DNA of 64,000 bases, taken from NCBI GenBank assembly GCA_963555755.3, contig OY820905.2, positions 4,128,001 through 4,192,000 on the forward strand, read 5' to 3'. Made by a program: the position numbers and the translations under genes. The DNA comes from Nitrospirales bacterium. Its GTDB lineage: Bacteria; Nitrospirota; Nitrospiria; Nitrospirales; UBA8639. A model generated the notes under the pieces. It saw only the letters and a program-made list of their open reading frames with translations, did not search any database and was not told where the DNA came from. Shown one piece after another: positions 1-10,000 of the stretch. Each line of letters starts with the position of its first letter. Positions within the stretch are counted from its first letter, which is position 1.

Positions 1-14
1 GGCTCGCCGAAGAC

Positions 15-1880
15 GTGTTCGATCAACAACACATTCTTATCAACGATGCTGCTGTGGCAATCCAACCGCGACATGTGGCGATCTTGTTTCGTACGCTCAC
101 GCATTTGCACGTGTATGTCGAAGCGCTTCGACAGTGTGGCATTCCCTATGTGACCGAAGGCGAAAAACATTTTTTTGAGCGTCAAGAAATTATCGATTGC
201 ATCAATCTATTACAGGTGTTGGCCGATCCGTATGATCGTGTGGCTCTTGCCGGGGTCCTTCGTTCGCCGCTAGGGGGGTGTTCCGATGATGTGGTGGCCA
301 AACTTCTTCGCGCAGGGCATTTGGATGATTGGCAGAAGAAGCCCTTGTCATCTGATACGCCAGCGATTTTTGGCGTCTTGCAAAATCTGTGTGGAGAGGT
401 GTTGACGCAGCCAGTGGCCGACGTCTTGGACCGTATTTTTAGAACCACGCCCTTCATCGAATTAACGGCAGCCTCGATGGATGGAGAACAAGCTGTGGCG
501 AATGTGTGCAAGCTTCAAGACATTACGGAAGCTTTTGCTCAACAATCTGGTGCAGGATTTCGGAGCGTGGTCAACACGCTCACTCAATGGATTCATGATC
601 CGCCGCCGGAAGCGGAAAGTTCCTTGATTGATGATGAGTCTGATGCCCTGCCATCACCTGGCGCCGTGCGGCTTATGAGCATTCATAAAGCCAAGGGCTT
701 GGAATTCCCTATGGTCATTTTGGCGGGCTTGCACCGAGGGGCCGACCCCAAGGGGAAATCGATTTGGGTCGATCATGATTGGCTGACTGATTGTTTGGGC
801 ATGCAGCTAGGCTCGTATTATTCGCTGGGGGGGGTGTATCTTGAAAGTAAGATGGATGCGCGGCAGCGTGCCGAGCAGATTCGTCTACTGTATGTGGCCA
901 TGACGCGTGCGCAACGCCGCCTGGTGTTGTTCGCGGGATTGCCCACGACGGCGGGCGTCGTCCCTCGAGGGTTACTGGGGATGATTGTGAAAGGTCTGGG
1001 AATTGATCCTGAGGTGTTCAACACGTCCGAACAGCATTCCATTCATCACACATTAAGTGTCGGAGGGGCCGTGGTTTCGCTCGATGTGGTGACGGTCTCC
1101 AAGGGAACACAGTATAGCCAACAACAGAAGCCTCAGGCATGGCAGACTCTTGATGCCGATGCCGTCGAGCAGCCGTCCCCGTGGATTCAACGATACGAGC
1201 GAATGGTTGCTGGACAGGGGCGGTTGCTTTTTGTGACACCAACAAGTTTGAAAAAGATTGACTCGAAGTTGTCCTCTGGGGGTGAACAGGAAGGGCCTGT
1301 CCCTATCCAACCTTTCGCGTCACAGTTTGCCGGTCATCGGTCTCGCGATCGTCAGGCTCTGGTGGGCACTCTGGCACATCGGGTGTTGCAAAGCTGGAAT
1401 TTTCAAGACGATCCTGAGAAACTTCCTGCCTGGATTGAAGACCTCTGTCGCCGAGGCATCCCTGATGATTGGCAAGACGAGGCGCAGGATCTTGCGAACG
1501 AATTGAGGGACGTGTTTAATAGCTTTGTTCGCACCGCCCCCTATGCCATTCTTCGTCAAGCTGAGATCCTGGGACGAGAAGTACCTATTTCTGTTCCTTG
1601 GCGTGAGAGGGGTTCTTCTGGTGCCACCGTGGAACACAGTTCACCCGCTGTCTTGCATGGCGTCATCGATGTCGTGTATCGCTGGAAAAAACAAGTTTGG
1701 GTGGCCGATTATAAAACGAATGTCCTTGATCAGTACTCGCCAGATTTTATCAATCGGTTAGTTGCCAAGTACCGTGTGCAAACGATAGCCTATCGGGAGT
1801 CCCTACGTGGGGTCTTTGCGGATACGCCAGTCAGGGCCCACGTCATATTTTTGCGCAATGGGGTTTCAGTTGAAGTGTGA
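15..1880 (+). CDS. AddA/RecB-like UvrD helicase with C-terminal PD-(D/E)XK nuclease, 5'-truncated by the window edge
   Basis: SF1 motifs 'LMSIHKAKGLEFPMV' and 'LLYVAMTRA'; RecB-type nuclease 'GVIDVVYR...ADYKT'; no Walker A, so the N-terminus lies outside the window. Confidence 0.9.
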   Translation: MFDQQHILINDAAVAIQPRHVAILFRTLTHLHVYVEALRQCGIPYVTEGEKHFFERQEIIDCINLLQVLADPYDRVALAGVLRSPLGGCSDDVVAKLLRAGHLDDWQKKPLSSDTPAIFGVLQNLCGEVLTQPVADVLDRIFRTTPFIELTAASMDGEQAVANVCKLQDITEAFAQQSGAGFRSVVNTLTQWIHDPPPEAESSLIDDESDALPSPGAVRLMSIHKAKGLEFPMVILAGLHRGADPKGKSIWVDHDWLTDCLGMQLGSYYSLGGVYLESKMDARQRAEQIRLLYVAMTRAQRRLVLFAGLPTTAGVVPRGLLGMIVKGLGIDPEVFNTSEQHSIHHTLSVGGAVVSLDVVTVSKGTQYSQQQKPQAWQTLDADAVEQPSPWIQRYERMVAGQGRLLFVTPTSLKKIDSKLSSGGEQEGPVPIQPFASQFAGHRSRDRQALVGTLAHRVLQSWNFQDDPEKLPAWIEDLCRRGIPDDWQDEAQDLANELRDVFNSFVRTAPYAILRQAEILGREVPISVPWRERGSSGATVEHSSPAVLHGVIDVVYRWKKQVWVADYKTNVLDQYSPDFINRLVAKYRVQTIAYRESLRGVFADTPVRAHVIFLRNGVSVEV

Positions 1881-1978
1881 GGGGTTAGAGGGTAAAGAGT
1901 GAGGAGAGGGAAAGGATTTTTTTGACTGTAACGTCTGACTCCTTACTATTTTCCAAACAGAAAAAGGAGAACGAAACG

Positions 1979-2470
1979 ATGATGAGTTACCGGGGAGGGA
2001 CATTGGGCTGTGTGTTGATCGGAGTGGTGCTGCTGGGCGCATGCTCGAGCACACCGAAAACGGTGAAACAGCCTACACTTAACGCGCCGTTAAACGCGGA
2101 CCCAACGGCCATATCCGCCGTCAATGAAGGCAACCAACTCTTTGCCTCGGGTCGATGGCAACCCGCCAAGGCGCAATATGAAAAAGCCCTACAAGCCCAG
2201 GACACCATTGCCGAAGCACATTATAATTTAGCCTTGACCTTAGATCGTTTGGGAGACCGGGAAACCGCTGACAAGCACTATATCGAAGCCGCCAACCTGG
2301 CTCCTGGGCATAAAATCATTTGGAATTCACGAAAATTTCGTCGCTACGGTGATGTGAGGGTAGAGAAGAGCAATGCCGCTGCACCAGGACTCCCGTCGAT
2401 AGGTGGAGCCAATCCAGGTAGTTTAGGCGGTGGTGGAAGAGGGGGAGGGATTGGGGCTGGAGGTCTCTAG
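1979..2470 (+). CDS. TPR-repeat lipoprotein with Gly-rich tail
   Basis: RBS AAGGAGA before ATG 1979; lipobox LGAC; TPR-like 'AEAHYNLALTLDRLG'. Confidence 0.75.
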   Translation: MMSYRGGTLGCVLIGVVLLGACSSTPKTVKQPTLNAPLNADPTAISAVNEGNQLFASGRWQPAKAQYEKALQAQDTIAEAHYNLALTLDRLGDRETADKHYIEAANLAPGHKIIWNSRKFRRYGDVRVEKSNAAAPGLPSIGGANPGSLGGGGRGGGIGAGGL

Positions 2471-2471
2471 T

Positions 2472-3284
2472 TTAACGAGTCTTCCGATATCCCTGGAGAA
2501 TCATGATCCCTCCAAGGAGCACCATAGGGACGCTCAAGAGCTGTCCCATGGTTAACGGCCCGAGTAAGAATCCAAGATGGGCATCCGGCTCACGAAACAG
2601 TTCCACGAAACTTCGGAATAATCCATAGCCCCCGATGAAGCCCCAAAACACGGTGCCCGGGGGCGTGTCACGACGCCCGACCATCCACAGTAGAAGAAAC
2701 AAGGCCACCCCTTCGAGTCCAGCTTCGTACAGTTGCGACGGGTGCCTACAAGCATCCCCGCCTCGTGGGAAGACCATGCACCAGTCGACATCCGTCGATC
2801 GGCCATAGAGTTCTCCATTTATAAAGTTGCCCATCCGGCCAAATCCTAATCCGATCGGGACAGCTTGGGCGGCCAAGTCTGCGATGGTGTACACGGCAAA
2901 GCCCTTGCGGCGACAGAAAAACCAAATGGCTACGCAGGTGCCTAGTAATCCGCCGTGAAAAGACATCCCACCTTCCCAGACCGCTAAAATGCTTAATGGG
3001 TGTTCTAAGTAGTACCCCGCGTTGTAAAACAGGGTATAGCCAAGCCGTCCGCCCAGAAACACCCCTAACGCGGCATAGACAATCAAGTCAGATAATTGGT
3101 CCTGGCTGAGAGAAATGTTTTTGGCCCGTGCACGTGCTCGGATTAAAAAATAGGCCCCAGTGAGTCCCAACAGATACATGAGCCCATACCAGCGAAACTT
3201 CAGCGGCCCAAGGCTAAAAAAAACAGGATCAATCTCTGGAAAAGGAATGGCGGAGAGTAGGGGGAAATCGAAAGCAAACGGCAT
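2472..3284 (-). CDS. lgt: prolipoprotein diacylglyceryl transferase
   Basis: 'RWYGLMY', 'GGMSFHGG', 'GRMGNFINGELYGR', 'HPSQLYE' signature motifs. Confidence 0.97.
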   Translation of the reverse strand: MPFAFDFPLLSAIPFPEIDPVFFSLGPLKFRWYGLMYLLGLTGAYFLIRARARAKNISLSQDQLSDLIVYAALGVFLGGRLGYTLFYNAGYYLEHPLSILAVWEGGMSFHGGLLGTCVAIWFFCRRKGFAVYTIADLAAQAVPIGLGFGRMGNFINGELYGRSTDVDWCMVFPRGGDACRHPSQLYEAGLEGVALFLLLWMVGRRDTPPGTVFWGFIGGYGLFRSFVELFREPDAHLGFLLGPLTMGQLLSVPMVLLGGIMILQGYRKTR

Positions 3285-3428
3285 CAATACAATATCCTAA
3301 CTGAGAGTTACGGAATGAGCGATAAAAAATGCGGCTTCCGATAGTCGGGACGCTGCTGCATCCTAGGGGGGAGCCAGTAGTTTTTCAAGGAAGAAGGGGA
3401 AGGTGGCGTTGCCTTGAGAAATAAATTG

Positions 3429-3564
3429 GTCATTCCCGACATTTTTTATCGGGAATCCAGGTTTTCCCTCTCACACTTCAACCCCTCTTTTGTCATTTCG
3501 ACCCATGGGAGAAATCTCTCGTTCGGTAATGGGGGGAGATTTCTCGCTCCGCTCGAAATGACAA
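3429..3564 (+). repeat. ~135-bp composite palindromic repeat, copy 1
   Basis: GTCATTCCCG..CGGGAATCCAGG palindrome plus the inverted pair GTCATTTCGA..AGAAATCT / AGATTTCT..TCGAAATGAC; near-identical direct copy at 3941-4077. Confidence 0.85.
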
Positions 3565-3601
3565 ATAAGTTTTCTTGTAAATGGTTGAAAAGTTTTTATG
3601 T

Positions 3602-3868
3602 GGGGTGTCGTCCCCACGCGACGAGGCACTTGTGTTTCGGCAAAAGTGCCCAAAACCACGTTTGCCCGTGCATGGCCCTGCGGGTGTCTCTGCCTCCGCC
3701 CCGAATCCTTCGACTCCGCTCAGGACAGGTCAGATCAGATGGCTGCGCAACTCGCGGAATCTATCCTGAGCCCTTCGACAAGCTCAGGCCAGGCCTTGTC
3801 GAAGGGCTCAAACAGTGCTCGCCAAAGGGGTCGATTCGGTGCTCCGTCTCCGCCGCGCACGAAGGCGG
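3602..3868 (+). repeat. Repeat family E copy 1 (structured ~200-bp element) with nested CTTCGAC..GCTCAGG mini-repeats
   Basis: Shares the core GCGACGAGGCACTT.TGTTTCGGCAAAAGTGCCCAAAACCA...CCGAAT..AGATGG..GCTCAAACAG..CGATTCGG..CCGCCGCG..CGAAGGCGG with seven other copies. Confidence 0.85.
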
Positions 3869-3940
3869 GGCCGAAGTGACATTTCTATATGTTGAAGGGA
3901 TGGGAAAGGTTTGTTAAGTTGAGGTCGTTTAATTTTTCAC

Positions 3941-4077
3941 GTCATTCCCGACATTTTTAATCGGGAATCCAGGTTTTTCCCTCTCACCCTTCAACCCTTC
4001 CTTCGTCATTTCGACCCTTGGGAGAAATCTCTCGTTCGACAATGAGGGGAGATTTCTCGCTCCGCTCGATATGACAA
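3941..4077 (+). repeat. ~135-bp composite palindromic repeat, copy 2
   Basis: Direct repeat of 3429-3564. Confidence 0.85.
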
Positions 4078-4126
4078 TCAATGATTATGTAAGGTTGCTC
4101 CTTCATTTTCTGCCTCGATCTTGGGA

Positions 4127-4246
4127 CTCCGCGTTGGGCGAGGCGGAGGGCTGCGCACAGGCGAGAATGGTTTTGGGTCCTTGCGCCGAAACAAAAGGCC
4201 TGCCCTGAGTCTTGGCGAGGGGACCTCGTCGCGCGGGGGGGGGGGG
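4127..4246 (-). repeat. Repeat family E copy 2 (internally deleted), interrupted by the IS4 element; remainder at 6825-6847
   Basis: AATGGTTTTGGGTCCTTGCGCCGAAACAAAAGG..ACCTCGTCGCGCGGG; the terminal hairpin resumes as GGG..AACCCCGCA after the IS. Confidence 0.75.
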
Positions 4247-6824
4247 CAATGGCATTCGGTTTGGTTCGAACGAACAATCTGCCTTCTCTGTTATCAGCGG
4301 AACTGGTTGATTGATCAGGGCTTCTGAACCGAAGTCGCCCTGGTGTCCTTTTTCGCTTGACTTCTTTTCCGTCTTCTGAGAGACTATCCTCGATGAAGAC
4401 TGTGGACACCTTACCCAAGACGACCTTTAGCGGGCGGCGGTTCACCCGCAAGCAGTTGGCGCAGGTCCAAGAAACCGTCCAGCTGTTCCCCCACCTGAGT
4501 CGGAAGGAATTGGCCCTCACCGTCTGTGAGCATCTCAGCTGGACCACGCCGACGGGCCACAACAAGATTCATTCCTGTTTGACCTTGCTGACCGAGCTGG
4601 AAGCGCACGGGATCGTGACTCTGCCGGCCACGCGCCACAAGCGCGCGCCGGGACACCCCATCCCTGCGTTTCACGAGCCGCCCCCCACCGAGCCACTCAC
4701 CGACACCCTCGCCGCCGTGGCCCCAATTACCCTGCACCGGGTGGTCTCGAAAGAGGAACGCGAGAGCTGGAAAGCCTACCTGCAGACCTATCATTATTTG
4801 GGCTATAAACACCCGATCGGGGCCCAGCTGGGCTATCTGGTGAGATCGGCCGCCCAGCCGTACCCGCTGGGCTGTCTGCTGTTTTCGGCCTCGGCCGCCT
4901 GGGCGCTGGCCCCCAGAGATCACTGGATTGGCTGGGACGTGACGCACCGGAGGAAGCTCCTGCCATTGGTGTTGCGCAATGATCGGTTTTTGATCTTTCC
5001 GTGGATTGACGTGCCGAATCTCGCCAGCCATGTGCTGGCGCGGGCCACCAAGCAGATCGGGGACGACTGGGTTGAAGTCTACGGTTATCGCCCGGTGCTG
5101 ATTGAAACGTTCATCGATCCCTCCCGGTTTGCCGGGACCTGTTATCGAGCGGCCAATTGGCACTTCGTGGGCTACACCGAGGGGCGCGGGCGGTTTGGCT
5201 CAACGTCGGACCGTCCACCCACGACAAAAGAGATTTTTCTCTATCCGCTCCAACCCGACTGGCGCGCGTGCCTGACTGCCGGGCATCGAGCCGTCACGGT
5301 GAAGACACGCTATCGCAACGACGTGCGAGCCAGTCGCACACGGTCCGTCGGGGAAGGGTTTGTCGCCTGGTGGAAACAGGTGGTCCACATCCTCCACGAC
5401 GTGGCGGCCCAGTACGATGACCAGTGGCGCGTCCGGAAACGGGTGATCGATTCCCTGATCCTGATGCTGTTGATCTTTCGGTTGGTGTCGTCAACCAACT
5501 CCCAAAGTTACGGCACCACCATTGATGACTTGTGGGACAGTTGCGACAACCTGGCGCTCGCGCTCCCGCAACCCCACAGCATCGCGCCGGCGTCCTTTTG
5601 TGTCGCACGTCGCAAACTGGACGAAGCCATTTTCCAGTCCGTCAACCGGAACATTCTGGACGCCTATGCCCCACACGACTCCAACGACACCTGGTTGGGC
5701 CATCGGGTGTTTGCCGTCGATGGCTCCAAGCTTACACTGCCCCGCGCGTTGCGGGCGTGTGGCTACCCCTTGCCCTCTGACAATGCACACTATCCTCAAG
5801 GGTTGCTGAGTTGCCTCTACCACCTCACGTCGCAAGTGCCCTGGGATTTCGACCTCGTCGCGCATGGCAACGAGCGACGGTGCGCCCTGCGGCACCTGGC
5901 TGTGCTGAAGCCCAACGATGTCGTGGTGTACGATCGAGGCTATTTCTCCTACGTCCTGCTGCATCAGCACTGGACCGCCGGGATCCACGCCGTGTTTCGT
6001 CTCCAAGACAGCGGGTTCAAGGAGATTCAAGAGTTTTTTGCCGGCCCGGACACCGACACCACGGTCACCCTCTTCCCCGCCGCACGCACGCAACGAGACA
6101 TCCGGGCGGTCTATCCTGATCTCGCCATCATCCCGTTGAGCCTGCGGCTTCTGAAATATGAGATGGCCGGCAGCCGATTTTGCTTGGGCACCACCCTGGT
6201 CGGCCCCCAGCAGCGGTATCCGCTCCAGGAGTTCATGGATCTCTACCATGCCCGTTGGGGCATCGAGGAACTCTACAAGGTGAGCAAGCGCCTGTTCCTC
6301 ATCGAGGAGTTTCATGCCAAAACCGAGCGCGGCGTCAAACAAGAGCTCTTCGCGCATTTCGTCCTGATCACCATGAACCGGCTGTTCGCCAATCGGGCGG
6401 ACCACGCACTCAATCCCGAAGCCCCCGCAGCTGAGCCCATGGCCCCTCCCGGATCGTCCATAGTTGGAACCGGCACCGGGGCGAGGCGGACATTCAAGAC
6501 CAACTTCAAACATTGCCTTCACGTGTTTGCGCGAAGCTTCGAAGATCTGCTCGTGCTCCATGCTCGGATGCAGACCGCCGTCCAACGGGCCTTCGAGTCC
6601 ATTGTGAGTCACTACCAACGGGTGAGGCCGGGCCGATCCTATCCTCGAACATCCATGAAACCGGAGTCCACGTGGCATCCACCCAAAAAGAACAGCCAGT
6701 CCAAGAACCCCACAGGGTCGATGGCCTCTATCTGAAAGTCCCTTAAGCACATGGAATCCGTTTCTTAAACGAATGAGCCAAATCCTTAAACGAATGCCGC
6801 CCATTCCTTAAACGAATGCCATTG
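4247..6824 (+). mobile_element. IS4-family insertion sequence, 2578 bp
   Basis: Terminal inverted repeats CAATGGCATTCG (4247) / CGAATGCCATTG (ends 6824); flanked by G12 and G13 runs; single transposase ORF; visibly GC-richer than the flanks. Confidence 0.9.
4393..6735 (+). CDS. IS4-family DDE transposase fused to an N-terminal DUF4338 (DruA-like) domain
   Basis: N-terminal 'YHYLGYK...RDHWIGW...RFLIFPW...NLASHVL...LIETFIDPSRFAGTCYRAANW'; DDE motifs 'AVDGS', 'VYDRGY', 'YHARWGIEELYK'. Confidence 0.9.
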   Translation: MKTVDTLPKTTFSGRRFTRKQLAQVQETVQLFPHLSRKELALTVCEHLSWTTPTGHNKIHSCLTLLTELEAHGIVTLPATRHKRAPGHPIPAFHEPPPTEPLTDTLAAVAPITLHRVVSKEERESWKAYLQTYHYLGYKHPIGAQLGYLVRSAAQPYPLGCLLFSASAAWALAPRDHWIGWDVTHRRKLLPLVLRNDRFLIFPWIDVPNLASHVLARATKQIGDDWVEVYGYRPVLIETFIDPSRFAGTCYRAANWHFVGYTEGRGRFGSTSDRPPTTKEIFLYPLQPDWRACLTAGHRAVTVKTRYRNDVRASRTRSVGEGFVAWWKQVVHILHDVAAQYDDQWRVRKRVIDSLILMLLIFRLVSSTNSQSYGTTIDDLWDSCDNLALALPQPHSIAPASFCVARRKLDEAIFQSVNRNILDAYAPHDSNDTWLGHRVFAVDGSKLTLPRALRACGYPLPSDNAHYPQGLLSCLYHLTSQVPWDFDLVAHGNERRCALRHLAVLKPNDVVVYDRGYFSYVLLHQHWTAGIHAVFRLQDSGFKEIQEFFAGPDTDTTVTLFPAARTQRDIRAVYPDLAIIPLSLRLLKYEMAGSRFCLGTTLVGPQQRYPLQEFMDLYHARWGIEELYKVSKRLFLIEEFHAKTERGVKQELFAHFVLITMNRLFANRADHALNPEAPAAEPMAPPGSSIVGTGTGARRTFKTNFKHCLHVFARSFEDLLVLHARMQTAVQRAFESIVSHYQRVRPGRSYPRTSMKPESTWHPPKKNSQSKNPTGSMASI

Positions 6825-7001
6825 GGGGGGGGGGGGGAACCCCGCATAAATAAAATTCTGGATTCCCGCTAACTATCTGCGGGAATGACAGCAATTGTAA
6901 TTCCTTCTTCCATCCTCACCCCAATGTGGTATAAATGACTGTTTGGCCTTTTTTCGGTTTGGCTTTTTTAAATCCTACGAGAAATCTAAAAGCGTAATTT
7001 C

Positions 7002-10000
7002 ATGATCAATTACCTCAAAGCGCTACCGCCGAATATCGTCTATACCGTGGCTCCCAAAGAGTATGTGGTGCGAGGGTATGATTATTTCCATAAGGAACGG
7101 CTTGAATCCTTTCGGTGGGAGCACGATGGCTCTCTCTTAACAGCGGTGGTGATGGGGACCCGGAGATATGCGGTTGATTTTATGTTATTGGACGATAAGC
7201 TGGATTTTCTCTGTAACTGTCCGGCTTGGGCACCGACTACCCAGTGTAAGCATGTGATCTGTGCATTGCTGACAATTATTAACTTGCTCGACCCCATTCA
7301 TTTTAACGTGGCTCGGCACCAACCGGGCCGGCTAGAGAAACTCCGAGGGGCGTTGTTGTCCGGTGGCAGTGGACGCGGGCAGTTGCTCCGGTCGCCTTTT
7401 TCTCCTCCAAGCCCGGCCCCGCCCAAATCCGATGATTTTGAATTGGTGATTCATCTCCGAGAACAGTACCCCGAGCTGTCGGTTCGCAATCATGGGCAAC
7501 GTGTCTACACGCTTCGTGGGGTGCCAGAAACCCTGGCATATTTTATTGGCGATTTTTACCATTCGTTTTCCATTCATCGCGATCGATTGGCGCAACATCT
7601 TCAAGCGGCGGGAAACCAGTATCCTTTGGTCTTTGAATCCGATGGGGAAGGGATGCGGCTGACGTGGGAAGGGTTTCACCGGTGTGAGACGTACACTGAA
7701 TTACATATGGTCGATGGGCAGGTCACGCTTCGCCCGTTGTATGTACTCGACCGTACCGTGAGGAAGCGAGTGAAATTATTTTGGGACTATGCCGTGGATC
7801 TGGAGCGTCAGATTTTGGTCAAGGTGGAAGAGCCGAATGAATGGGATCTGCAAGCCATGCTCTATAACGAATGGATCTATGGCCTCGAAGCGTTGGATGA
7901 TGAGGAAATCTTTGCATTCTCCCGGGCGTATCGATCCTGGGAGCGAACTCTGAATCGCACAGAGTCTCCTTGGAATCCGTTCAAGTTCGGACTATTCGAG
8001 CGACGTCCGATAGAGCTCCCGCTGCGGCGCGCGCAATTGATGCCCATTCATATTCCTACACAACACTTGCCGGCTACACGGCAACGGTTGATCCTCAAAG
8101 TGAATGGGGTGGTGACGCCACTTTCTCCAGAACACGATACCCCGACTCTTCAACAACCTCGCTATCGATTGGTGGTGCATCCGGTCCAAGATGGTTTGGA
8201 GCCATTGGCTTCCGGGCAAACGATGGCGGTCATTCGAGCGGAGTGCTGGTGGGGGGATTATTGCGCCCCTCCCCATGAACCCACGTTTAGCTTTTTTACC
8301 TGCCTGGAGGGGTACCGCAGTTTGCCGGCTCCTTTGCGGGCCCAAAAACGTCAGAAAATTTTGTGCGAAACATTTATCAAACTTCTGACGGTATCACAGA
8401 CATCAAAGGTCGAGGGTCTTCTTCGAACCGCGCTTTCGCAAGGAGACTTTCAACGGCAGAATATCAAACGGACTGCGAAGCATATGCTCAAACAGTTTTT
8501 TTCTGTGTTTGGAGAGCCGGAAGTTCGGCTGCAGTTTCACCAAGGTCGGTGGCAGCTGTTGACGGTGGACAAAGCCCAAGAGGCCCGGATGTATATATTG
8601 CCCTATGAACAATTTGGCCCGCAGGTGTTTGACAACATGATGCGGCATGATGAAATGCGGTTGCGTCTGGATATTCTGCATCAAGGCTTGCCGCAGTTAT
8701 ATGAATCGTGTCAGGCCGCAGGCATTGAATTGTTTTACCACACCAAGCCGGTGGCTTTGCCAGAGTGGGAATTGTCCCTGGATGCGCACCGTCCTGAGGG
8801 AATCGATTGGTTTGAATTGCGTCCTGAAATCCGGTGCAACGGCAAGTTGATGACCGAGGCCGCGGTTCAACAATTCATGCAAGGACAAGGCATCATCGAA
8901 GGAGATGATGTCGTGCAGATCTTTCCCACCAAAACGCAAGCAGCGCTTCGGGCTCTTTCGTCGTTTTATCGACAGGAGCCATCCAGCAAGGGAATGAAAA
9001 AGGAATGGGTGCGCGTGCCCCGGTTGCAGATCTTTGATTGGATTGCGTTACGGAAGCAAGGAGTGAAAATCACCTTGCCACCAGAGGATGAAGCGATTAT
9101 CGATCGGTTGACTCACTTTGAACACATTGAGGTGCCACCGATTCCCAAACGCCTCACAGCCAAACTGCGGACCTACCAAAAAAATGGCTATGCCTGGTTG
9201 GGGTTTTTGTACCAACACCGATTTGGAGCATGTCTGGCCGATGATATGGGCCTTGGAAAAACCGTGCAGGCCATCAGTCTGTTGGGCGGCATCAAAGAAA
9301 GCATTATTCCGTCCCTGACGAGTCAGCCTGTCCCGCATTTGGTCGTGCTGCCGCCGAGTCTACTCTTCAATTGGGAACAAGAGATTCAAAAATTTTACCC
9401 ATCCTTACGAGTGCAGATGTATGTCGGCGCTGATCGATCGCCAAAATTTGAGGGGTGTGATGTGGTGTTGACCACGTACGGCGTGGTTCGGAGAGATATT
9501 GCGACGTTGGAAACCATCCCCTTTCATATCATTGTCTTTGATGAAGCGCAGGCCGTTAAAAATATTCATGCGGAGACGACCAGCGCAGTCCGCCGTCTGA
9601 AAGGGGCGTTTAAGATGGTGATGACTGGTACGCCGTTGGAAAATCACATCGGCGAATATTATTCACTCATCGATCTGTGCCTTCCCGGACTGCTCGGGGA
9701 CTATGACAAAATCAAGTCGAAAATCACCTCCGCCTCCTCGTCCTTCCTGGAAGTGCTCACGCGGCGAACGAAGCCTTTCGTATTGCGGCGCACCAAAGAA
9801 CAAATCCTGAAAGAATTGCCGCCTAAGACCGAAACCGATGTGTATTTAGATCTTACCGAGCGACAGAAGTCACTCTATCAACACACCATTGCGCAAATCC
9901 GTCCAACCATCGATGACGCCTATCGCACCAAAACGCATGCACAAGCCCGTATCATTGCGCTCACGGCCATTTTGAAATTACGCCAAATCTGCCTATCGCC

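Noticed and set aside
3414..4327. Several 60-190 aa ORFs over the repeat cluster (similar ones at 10507-10930, 11554-11986, 12842-13390, 14201-14674, 58261-58560, 59176-59531)
   Set aside because: They are translations of repeat E or D; the same peptides recur at each copy, with no RBS or domain.
4411..6804. Long antisense ORFs (250 and 437 aa) in the IS4 element
   Set aside because: Shadows of a GC-rich transposase gene with no recognisable motifs.
6742..6824. Regularly spaced 12-bp repeats as a mini-CRISPR
   Set aside because: Repeats and spacers are far too short, there are no cas genes, and the last copy is the IS terminal repeat.
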